Below, in pieces: positions 37,641-48,089 of a DNA stretch of 64,000 nt (position 1 is its first letter; each line of letters starts with the position of its first letter). The notes under the pieces are model-generated. The model saw nothing but the letters and a program-made list of their open reading frames with translations, was not told the DNA's origin and did no database searches. Origin of the DNA: Raillietiella orientalis (lineage: Eukaryota); assembly GCA_036172245.1 (NCBI GenBank), contig JAYWIR010000009.1:2356001-2420000 (forward strand), written 5' to 3'. The position numbers and the translations under genes were made by a program.

Positions 37641-40600
37641 GAACGAAACGTTCGTGCGCCGTGCACCACTGAACACCGCATAAAGTCCATCTACCGATGT
37701 GCTGGGCTGCAACGCACCAAAAAAATAAAAAAAATAAATAAAGAACAGAGAGCGTAGGAGCGTATGTGTACGCAGTTCATGGAGTCATGTGAGATGCGTG
37801 AACGTCCAGCAAGAAAAATGCAATCCCAGGATGAGGGATGAGCGCTTCGAGCACTGCGATGACGGAAAACCACAACGCAATATATTGAATTTACGGCAGG
37901 TCACGCGTGCGCTGCCGTGCGGTCACGTGGCAGAGCCTTGAGTTTTCATTTCCTCGTCGGGTTTTCGAATTATTTAGGTACAGCCGGTTTGCTTGTATCG
38001 ATCTGCATGCTTTCCTTTTTTTTTTCTTCTCCTTCTTCTCCTTCCTTTTGCCTTCAGCTGCTTGAGAAAATCACGAGCGACTTCTTTGACAAGGCTCTTC
38101 TAATCTTTCGCAGGAACTAACCAGATTAGTCGCAACCTAACAGAGGTTCTTGGACGGCAGCTTTTATTAGGTTGGAAGGAATGAAGAACCAGCGGGAACA
38201 CGAATCGCCACATCGAAAGGAATGTGCTCACCGAAATTCCTCTCCCTCGAAAGAAATTTCGTGCGAGAATTCGAGGCTGGAAACTTTGTTCCTTACGGGA
38301 ATCCTTCACGGAGCCTTCCTGCCGGCTGTTTTCTTTGGAAAAGATCTCCAAGTAATTCACAAGAAAATATGCGCAAATAGAAGTTGATGTTCTTATCCCC
38401 CCCCCCCCTTCCAAAAAAAAAAAAAAAAAACATATCGGGGTTCCGGATTGTGTTTTTTTTTTTGTGTGTTTTGTTTTGAACGAGTTGAACTACGGTGGCT
38501 TCCCTGGTTCCAAGGGAAAAAGCGGAAGTGGAAAGGAAACTTTTGCATCCACAGGACTCTAATCTGGGAAGAACCATGAGGCTGTCCTTGGATTGCTGTT
38601 CGCTGTTACACTCGTGAAATTTTTTTTCCTTGTGCTCCTTGGGCAGTCCCGGGATTGGATGCTACAGAAACGGATCTCTGGCTTTGACGTTTCATGCTGG
38701 GGAAGAAACGGCAGAAACGCATCTTCCAGCATCCCAGAAGACGCCCGTGGGTCGTCTGGCATCTCGAGGAGTTGGACGTGCTGGTGGGATTCGTTTCGAA
38801 GCATTCCTCTGCTTCTTGGCTCTGGAAGTGCCCACGCATCGGTGCAGCAATTACCGATGCGTGCACCAGGACTTCTGGAATCGTGCAGTCCTCCTCTGGA
38901 CCGGTGTTGGTTCCCTCGAGGTGGAATTCAGCTGCCACGAGCGGTCCTCGACTACGCAAGGAGTGCCTCTTCCGATTTCGACGAGAACATTCCTTTTTAT
39001 GCTGCAGGCCGTTCCGCCACTGTGCTGCGAGCGCGAGTTTTCCACTTCTTGCCATTTAACGGAATACCGAAGCTCCAACTTTTGAGAGCGCCAAAAAGGT
39101 TTTGGATTTCCGTGCTGCGCTCGGCACGCGTTACACCGAGACGCACTTTGGTGCTGTCATATCTGCTGCCGCTTTTTTTGCCACGAGGCAGGGAAAAGCT
39201 CTTCGACTGCCGGGGGAGCAGAGGTTTCAGAGGGAGCTCTCGTTACTGGTCCATTCTTCGTTTGCCTCCACTCATTAGCTTTTGCATTACATTTGGAAGC
39301 CCGCGTCAGGCGCGTTTTCTCCTTCGGCTCTACATTGGTTCCCCGATCGCTCCTGTGGAATACTAAGCATCTGGACCCCATTGTTGGCGCAGACTGCCGG
39401 AGGAGCAACCTCGGCGACTTCCCCGAGTCCAACGGCAGTCACATCACAGTCGTGTTCTGATCTCGGAGGCGCTGAAAGCTCCTGGGATGACCAGGGAGCG
39501 TTCCCTCGTGCCGAGCTGAGGGTCGGCGAAACTTCCGGGATCGAAGGAGGGTTCCTTTGTGCGCATCCAAACAGCGTTCTGTCCTTTTTCGTCGCGAATT
39601 CGTTCTTGCGTAAGTTGCGCGGTGCTCATCGAGGTGGCTGGGATGCGAGGAAGGTTTCCTTGGAAACTGATCCGCCCACTGAGATGAAGTGCGGGACAGA
39701 CGGTCCGTGAAGCTCCGTTTCACTGTGGAAACTTCCATGAGGACTTGTCGATCTTGGAGTATCCATGGGGAACCGAGCACGCTTGGCAGCATTCAGACTG
39801 CATAGGAGCGGCTGCACATTTGAGGTGGTAGGAAGCAAAGGAAGCAGAGATTCGGCGACGGAAAGTGGCATAAGCCAACTCGCGAGCCCGGTTTTTTTAC
39901 TCAACCAATTTTCGGGGAAGGAAGCCTTGCGCTCTGCGCCAAGAATATCCCACGGATGGCATGGAATTCCCTGATAATTCGTTTCCCTTCCGCCTCCCAT
40001 GGTAATTCCGAAAGAAAGCCCTTTGGCATCTTCCTTGTTACGTTGGTTTGCTTTCAAGCACCGGAGCCGCTGACGCTTCCCACCGAAAAAGGCCCTTCAC
40101 TGGATGTGGTTTGCAAATTCTGCTCCGCAAAGAGCAAAGTTTGTCTTCTGATGGGCGGGAAGGTTCCCTTTGCTTGCATTCAAATTTCCATCCAGGATTT
40201 CGGATTTCGTTTTTCCTCCATTTAACAGAGCGTTGCCATTATTCGCACTTGTTTGTACAAAGTGTACCCCGCTGCCCTGATAAAAGTCAAGAATTGTTTC
40301 CTCATGGGTAATTCATGCAAGAAATCATGAGCATGAGATAAAGACAAGGGCTCCGTCCTTCAGAAAATCCATGCATTCTATCAGACGCCTGAATTCCATT
40401 AGAAAAAGATGTTTGATGTAAAACACTGGGATTCCTGTTCCGTGGGAGGCAGCTAGGGCATGGGGGGGGAAACGGGCAGCGGCAAATGCGCACGCACGGT
40501 TGCTTGAAGAGCTCTGATTCTTCCCCAGCTGGGAACTGACGAGGAAGTTTTCAGAAGTTCGGGAGAAAGAAACCCCCACTGCGATGACATCAGTTATATT

Positions 40601-42703
40601 TCGATCCTTAGATCATCCCGTGGCAATGCAGACTCACAGAATTCACCCATTTCTGCTTGCTGCGCCAACGTTTTCAACGATCTGCTTCTTCCCGCTTGGG
40701 CGCTCGCAAAACGGAAGGTTGGAAGATACGAAAAGGGGGGAACGTACAATTCGTTCCTGGCACAAGTAGGATGCCATTTGCATTTCGCACTTTTCGGGTC
40801 ACGTGACTTCACCGCTGCTTCAGAAGCACCGACAAAAATGGATATCCTTCTTCCCAGTTTCTGCCTTCCTTTCCATCTTGGGAACACAGGCGCACCACAG
40901 GATGACAAGTTTCCTGAAGACAGGAAGGAGATTCAAAAATTTCTGGATCGTGGATGCGATCAGAAAGACTCATTGGAAAGACGGAGCTTCTTCCGCATCC
41001 GAACTATGAGCCGTTGCACTCCTCGCAGAAATCCGTACTCTGCAATCAGAAAAAGCTACTGCGGTAGCTACTTCTAGCGCGACAGGGGACTTTGGAAGGC
41101 ACTCCGGCATATTTGGACGTCCCTCCATGCTTCCAGAATGCGGATCACAGAAGCCTTGGGGTCATTCCGGCAAATGCAACAAGCTGAGGAGAGTTGCTGC
41201 CAACTCTTTGAGCCTCGCAAACACGGGCTCCGGAGCAATCAAAGGATGGATTTTTTCGCACCCGTTCGCCTAGCATGAATTGCATCCATCACTCCATTTC
41301 ATCTAATAGAAAATCTGGTTTCAAACCCTCAGCTAGAAGGTTCGCTGCTTGGTGAAGCGCTTGTATGCCTCCCCCCCCATCTGGAGATGGAAGCGGGAAA
41401 TGGTTGTGGGTGAAATCCAGCAGTTCGGGCTGCATGCAAGAAGTGAATCTCGAAGCGGTTGCTCGGCAGCTGCCAAAGTGCTCTCTGTTTGTGAAGATGC
41501 AATTGATGCTTATGTCAACGTGAAGATCTCGAGTGAGACAGGCAGCAGGAACTTGGAATCCCAGGTACGATCCCGCGTCCATTCCCAGACAGAAAGCGGC
41601 GCTTCCATCATTTCTGGAGATCGATTGAGTCCCAAAGGCCATTTCAAAGCTCTGCCAAGCAATTGAAAAGGAATTTCTGTATTTGGATGCACGGGAATGG
41701 GAGAAAAGTACGAATACTCGAAGGTTCCGAGCGCGAATGCAAAATTCTGTGGTTCCGCGCATTTCCAACGGGACTTTTCGAGTCCCCAGCATCCTCTTGG
41801 TCAGCTTGCCGCTGGCGAACTGAACCAAAGAAGTGGTGAGTCGATGGCCGATGTGTCAAAAGTGCGAAAGGAGCGGGCGTCTGGCGGTCAGTTATCAAGG
41901 ATTGGGAGCGGCCCCTGAAGATCGGAGTCGGCTCGGTATTGCAGGCACTCAGATGACCCCATGGTGAGCGGATCAGGGCGTAGTGGGAACGCGGAGGCGA
42001 AGCGGAAATTCTGTGGCCACACGGTGTCTCCGCAGCAGCTTTCGAAGGCATGGTGGGAGGTGGGTGGGCGTAGGGACGAGCAGCAGCGAAGGAAGGACGG
42101 GCGAGGGGACGCGCATCCGCCCATTTCTCCAGCAACTTACTGCACAGACGTCCAAAGCAGCCATTTTGTTTTCTAGAGGGATGGAGTCGAATTTCGGCGA
42201 TCGCAGGACAGCAGCCGAAACCTAAATTCTTCCGCCCAAATAGAGGGGACTCGGAATGGTTGCTCCAAATGAAATTGCTCCGATTGCTCCACGTGAAAAT
42301 CAAGAAGCTGCTTGAAAACACAGATGGAAGTGAGTAGAATCCCCGTTGGCAAATGACGCTTTTGCGCTCGAGACCATGATCCTTGGGATTATTCCAAACG
42401 AACGGAAGATTATGAGCGGAAGAACGAATAAATCAGTGTCAAAATTAAATTCGAAAGGGGGGGGGGGGAAGGAAGAGGAGGAGGAGAGAAATCTTTTGAA
42501 AATAATTCTCTATGGAAGGAAGCAGATCTCCTTATTTAGAATTCAATGTATCGTAATCTATTGAGCTATCCGTTCCCTTTGGAAAGTGTCCTGTTAAATG
42601 ACTGAGCATAAATTACTGCGAAAGAACATTTCGAGAGCCGAAGACTTCAGGTAATCGATTTGCTCAACAGATGGAGGCACTTGCGGATGAGCTGAACTTG
42701 CAG

Positions 42704-42845
42704 AATTCAACGCGATGGACTCGAAACTTCTTTTCCCCGCTGCGGATCTGACCGTTCCCCCGCCCCGGCCCCGCCCCGGCGTGGATCCGGAGCGTTGCTG
42801 GCGCGACGCCGCTGGCGCGCGCGTTCGAAACGCGGAGGCTGCTCG
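42704..42845 (+). CDS. Candidate proline-rich exon
   Basis: TTGCAG acceptor and CG|GTAAAC donor; reads FNAMDSKLLFPAADLTVPPPRPRPGVDPERCWRDAAGARVRNAEAA; an upstream donor CAG|GTAATC at 42651 is phase-compatible. Confidence 0.25.
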
Positions 42846-43689
42846 GTAAACCCGGCACCGGAAGCGCCAACTTGGCTCCCTCCGAGGTGACAAATCGTTA
42901 CATCCTATCAAGACTTTATTGCGCAGATGATGAATGAAGACCAAGTTTGCAAATTTTCCTAATCCGACGGTTTCGCAAAATTCCGCTCCCCGTGTCGGGA
43001 GACAAACAGCACTTGCCGACACTTTAAGTGCATCTGCTCCAGCAAACTGCTGATCGTGTCATCTTATGGAAAGTTTGATCGCACGGAAACAGCACTAAAT
43101 ACATGCGCCCACGATGCTGTCATGCGGAGAATCCGCCACACGCACGAAAAGGGAGAGCCTTCGGATAATCAATAAATAACAGATTACTTTCTGGAGTCGG
43201 ATGGTGGTGCCGTGACACGGAAATATCATTTTCGTGTTTCGCCGTGGGTGTCGCTGCAGAAATGAATAACGGAAGAACGCACACGGCCACATTCTGATTT
43301 CGAAACACAGCGAGGGATGATCCGCGTCGACGAGATGGAAAGCGGGAAGCGTTCACGGGGCAGCCACCTTTTGAAGGAGGCGCAAACCACGTGGTGGTGA
43401 GCCCACGATGTGGAGGCCTCGCGTGCAGCTTGGCGCTCGCAGAGTTCGAATCGAAGGGGCCGCTGAAGGAAGCGCGAGCAAACTTCAACGTCGCCGCATG
43501 CCGATCTCGAATGCCGATATCGCGCTGCTGGAAGATGCCATCGAAGAAGGAATCGAAGAGCCGAACCCGCTCGTTGGACCTTCACAGCAGCCCAGCTCCA
43601 TACCAGTGCATAGCAGTTCTGCAACGCAAGGATGGCCAGGTGTCAAGCAAACCTCGCGAAGAAAAGAAGTCCGTTCCAGGTGCAGGGGA

Positions 43690-44912
43690 TCGCAGCAAGA
43701 ATGCAGCTTCCAGAAGCGCCGTTTCCTTTTGCCTACTTTGCGTGGGTTGAACGATGCCTGGCGGCAGGAGGCCGTTGGGTCCTGGACTGCACTCCAGGGA
43801 ATGCTCACGGAAGCTCTTTGCCCCCTGCGAGATCTGCTGCCTCGACCACTGGGAGTAGTGACGCAGGGGCGAAGTATGCGACCCTGGCCGCCACACCCCT
43901 TGCCCTGGCGGCGCTGTCTGCCCTCAGGGCAAGAGACAACAGCTGCCAACCGGCCAGGCGGGAGTTTTCCTGAACCATCTCGGGAAGAACGGAACTTCTT
44001 GGCGACTGGAAGACGCGCGAGTTCGTGGATGCTCCGCGTGCTTTGACCAAGGGACTCATTCGGCGGAGCGAACTTTCGAGTGTTGTTCCTGAGGAACTCG
44101 TGGTCCCTGCTCATTGCTTGAACACTTTCAGTGCTCCCCCTCTCCTGGAAACGGACCGTGCTGCTTTTCCTCCATTGAAGTTTCCATGTGCGACGAGTGG
44201 CGGCTTCCGCAAGAGTTGCATCCTCGAACTGTGCGAGGTGCGGGTCGGTGGAGTCCATCTCTCCGCACTGCTGTTGGACTGCGGAGCCTTCCATGAACTG
44301 TGGCGGCGGATGCTGGCTTCGGCGCTCCAGCAGCAGAACACCGCCCAAGGTGTGCTGCGACGCTCCTTCGCGCCGAATGGCCACTCGACGGGAGCAGTTA
44401 TTGCAATCATGGGGTTGCATCCCTGCCATCGTCACGTCCCGCCACGTGCTCGAGACGACCATGCAGCGAAGGGAGGTCATCGGGATGGCAGCCGCCTACA
44501 TGAGGACGGGCGCAAGCTGATCTCACCTGGAAGAAGTGGAGGAGATCGCAGGCATCCAGAGCCTGTTTGAGGATAGCTAGAAACGGCGGTAACCAGTGAC
44601 CCTTTTCACTTGCCTCGCTTCGTTTTTTTTCTCGTTCCCCATCCCCGTCCGCTACGTGACTTTCCAGGTGTTTTTTCTTGCCTTGATCCCGGTTCACACG
44701 GAGCAAACTCAAAAATCCCTGCCTCTTCCAACTGGATTTATCTTTTTGTTGCCCCCCGATCCCCTCCCCTATTCCGGACTTTTCGTTATCCCTGCCTGCA
44801 TGTCGGTGGTGAACCCTCACCTGGAACCCCTTTTGTCTTCGGTTGGAAGCTGCGTCTTCCCAACTAGTTCATTTTTTTTATAAATTAAACGCTCCGGTGT
44901 GGCCGGGGCACA
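43690..44912 (+). mobile_element. Degenerate L1/Tx1-like element, 3' ~1.2 kb
   Basis: LNDAWRQEAVGSWTAL (compare WNSWLQDALEHWT at ~8930), SNCARCGSVES, LLLDCGAFHELWRRMLASAL; UTR TTCCGGACTTTT; ATTAAA at 44884 and hairpin at 44893-44907. Confidence 0.85.
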
Positions 44913-45219
44913 AAACTGTACGTGCGTATGTGTGATCTGATGCTGCAAACATCCACGGGATGAAAGGATGCGGGGAGCTTGGGCTCCTGTCGCCTTTCCT
45001 TGCCACCGAGAAAATGCGAGGCAGCTCTTTTCGGTTGAATTTAAAGTGGACGTTAATCCCTACTTTTCCACTGACCTCCAGTCGACAGCTGTGGCTGTTG
45101 ATCTGTCGCTGCAAGAGTTTATCATCGACATGGAAGAGTCACAGAATACTCACTGCAGCGCCTCATTTTTCTTGAGCCGCATCACCTCTTTTCTGAAGGG
45201 GACATTCGTTGACCGCTTT

Positions 45220-45845
45220 GGCGGCCGCCTCCTCCTCGCGTGGCACCGAGAGTTGCGGCTTCGAATCCCTCCCGGGGAAGGATCGACTCTGAGAAATGGG
45301 TGCAATCTCAGGTTTCAACTCCCTTCCGTCCGCTGGATGGTGCTGGTTGATTCGGTGCAGGCTTCTGGTGCGGCGGAACCGGTGGGAACCGGATACTAGA
45401 TGCCCCGCTGACTAGCCGGGATTGAAAGTTGACCCTTAGGAGATACAAGAGGATCCAGGAACCAAGGAGTCGATTTCCTTCAAGGCTGCCTACCCGGTTG
45501 TAAAAATGGACTCGTCTCCCCCAGTTGAGGGGAGACCTTCCAGGGCGTAAGAAGAGCGCTGATCCCTTGGGGGCTTGCCCTTTAGAGAAATTTTGGGAGC
45601 GTTCCTTGGGGGTTCCCTTCGGAGGAAGGAACGAGAAGCAGGTTCCTTCTGGAGAAGAAATGAGAAGCAACCTTCTCTGGAGGACCGACCCCTCTGGAGA
45701 GATCAAGAGTGAGAGGAGCGGACTCCTTCCACGGGAGCCTTCCTGAATTCATAGGGCGGTGCCTTAACATGCACCCTCGGGCTGCATGGACAAGAGTCAA
45801 GGAGCTTAGTGAGCCTCTGTGCGAACGATTTCTCCGTACTTTGGA
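45220..45845 (+). mobile_element. tRNA-derived SINE-like element, copy 7
   Basis: CTCGCGTGGCACCGAG...CTTCGAATCCCTCCCGGGGAA head; GTTGACCCTT...CCAGGAACCAAGGAG; repeat region 45560-45720; GCACCCTCGGG...GAGCTTAGTGAG 3' part. Confidence 0.7.
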
Positions 45846-47236
45846 GACATCGAGCACGAGAAACCGCATGAGAGAAGACTTCAGGACAGACCAGAAACAC
45901 CACAATGCCAACAGAGCATTTCAGCCCTCGAGATGAGTTCTCACTAAACAAGGGATATCGCATAATGTGGTTCTTTTTCATTTAGGGAGCTGCCATCATC
46001 CTGAAGCTCCATCCGGTTCGTCTGCTTGTCCTCCTTTCAAGTGTGAAGTACCAGCAGCGCGGATCCAAAACCCACGTGCAGGCGCGCGTGAACACAAACA
46101 CCGGACCAACTGGACACCTGGAAGTGAAAGAGCCCGCAGTCAGTCGCTGTTCAGCTCGTCAGGCATAGCGAGATTCCTGGATCGACCGTAAGGACTCACC
46201 CTTCCCAAACTTTTCCAGAGTCTCCTGAAATGTGCCATGTCCACACTGGTTCAAGAGGGACAGGCATCCCGGATGTGAATTGGAGGAAGATGGCGCCTTC
46301 CATCGGCAGTTTGGAACCTGGCAATTCGAGATGGATCCAAGGTGAGATTCACCGTTTCCTCACGAAGTGCACTGACCATCCGCGAACGTCATGCTGGCAG
46401 CTTGATGGAACGCATTCGCTGTGATTCCACAGGAAAGGAAGTAACCCGCAAGGAGGCCATCGGTCCATGAGCAAAGTCACGTCGCGTTTCCCAGAGCGGT
46501 GGTGATGACGTATAGTTTGGCTTGTGATTAGCATGTGGTTTTCCGGTTGATATTCCTCGAGAGGTCTTCTGAAGTCGAGCATCTCCTCCTCTTGAAACAA
46601 AAAGAATGATCTGGAGGTTGAACCGTCCTTGGAAAAGCGATCTGAGTGAGCCCCTAGTTGTACGGACCCCCCTTCGAACGTACCTGAGGAAAGACTCGAT
46701 AGAAGGGGAGCATTTCTTTTTCAGAGATGAAGGAACTTTCGTGTCTCGTGAAGCTTTTGTTCCTCTCGAGCAGCGAGCTTTTGTTCCTCTCCTTGAAATT
46801 AATAATTGGGAAAAGGAGAAGAAGAAGCGAAAATCAACAGCGACAGCGAAAATCTTCATGGAAAGCTGCCTTAGAGGAGAAATGAAAAAGCTAAGGGAAG
46901 GTTTTCCCGAGAACTTTGTTTTTTTTCTTGATTTTTCGTTCCGATGCGTGTCATGCAGTTTCCTTTTTCCCCTCTTTTCCTCCCTATCATGGAATGAAGT
47001 GATTAAATTTTTTGTACTTTCGTAAAATCGGCCATCGGTTGATACCCCCCCAGCACCCTCTTTAAGAGAATTCACGGAAATGCTCAGGCAATCAATGGAT
47101 TCGATTTAATCTGGGTGGATGGGCTGCAGCTTCCAAAGTGAGGATGATACATCTGGAAGAGCCCCACTCTTGGAAGCTGTTTTCGTCACAGAGGTCCCTC
47201 CCGATTACGAACGGTGTAAGTGTACAGGCTTGCATA

Positions 47237-48089
47237 TACGAGGCGCATTTCAAAAGTAAGATTCGATCGGATATAAAGAAAGGAGGAATAAGAGAAACCA
47301 AAATCTGTGGTGGCTCCAAACACGTTCATCCTCATTTCACTTCCTTCTACGTAGTCACCGTTTTTTTCCAAACACCTTTGACGCTTTTCTCAGCCCTCTG
47401 CATCGAATTCCGCTGTCCGGGAGTTAAGGCAGTTCAGCAGCACTACAGTTTACCACTCCTCACCTTCCCCTTCGAATCCATGAGCCACTTCTGGAGGTGC
47501 AGGAAGGAAGATCGTGGTAGTCACTGGGAGCGAGGTCAGGACCGGGTGATCAAAAAGTTCCCATTTGAATTTCCGAATTGTCTGGAATGTGCGGATAGCA
47601 TGTGCTGCCATGGTGCGCGTTGTCGTGAAGGAGACCCACCATTCCTGATGTCAGCATCCCACGTCGTCGGTTCTGAATGGCACGCCGCTGTTTTGAAAGT
47701 GTTTCTACACAGTAGCCTTGCGAAGTGGTGATTGTTTCAGCGTCCATAAAGTCCACCAAAAGCACACCCTTTTGGTCCCACACACTGCTGTTGCTCGCAC
47801 TTTTCAGACAATTCGGAAATTCGAAGGGGAACTTTCTGATCACCCACCTTGGTGGATCAACGATTCGAAGGGGAAGGTAAGGAGTGGTAAACCGTAGTGC
47901 TGCTGAACTTCCAGGCGGCGAACCCTTCATGCAGAGGGTTTAGAACAGCGTCAAAAGTGCTTGGAAAAAAATGGTGACCATTTAAAAAAACGACATGGGG
48001 ATACATGTGTTTAGACCACTCATACATTTTTGCTTCTCTTATTTGTTCCTTCTCTACGATGGGCCCTTACTTTTGAGATGCGCCTCGCA
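47237..48089. mobile_element. Mariner (Tc1/mariner) non-autonomous derivative with long inverted arms
   Basis: Ends TA-CGAGGCGCATTTCAAAAGTAAG and CTTACTTTTGAGATGCGCCTCG-CA. The minus strand encodes VWDQKGVLLVDF...RRAIQNRRRGMLTSG..LLHDNA, KFKWELFDHP, (S)PDLAPSDY and CLEKNGDYVE, i.e. the mariner transposase C-terminal half. Confidence 0.92.

Noticed and set aside
38593..39366. 257-aa ORF
   Set aside because: No recognisable motif, and several overlapping frames on both strands are open; no frame can be supported.
42755..42830. GC-box promoter (CCCGCCCC twice)
   Set aside because: It is equally explained by proline codons in a candidate exon, and there is no independent promoter evidence.
43485..44480. 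Longest ORF in the track (331 aa, minus strand)
   Set aside because: It is antisense to a GC-rich L1/Tx1-like remnant and has no domain character.
45980..46560. Further ORF1-like remnant on the minus strand (ETLEKFGK)
   Set aside because: A single weak motif only.
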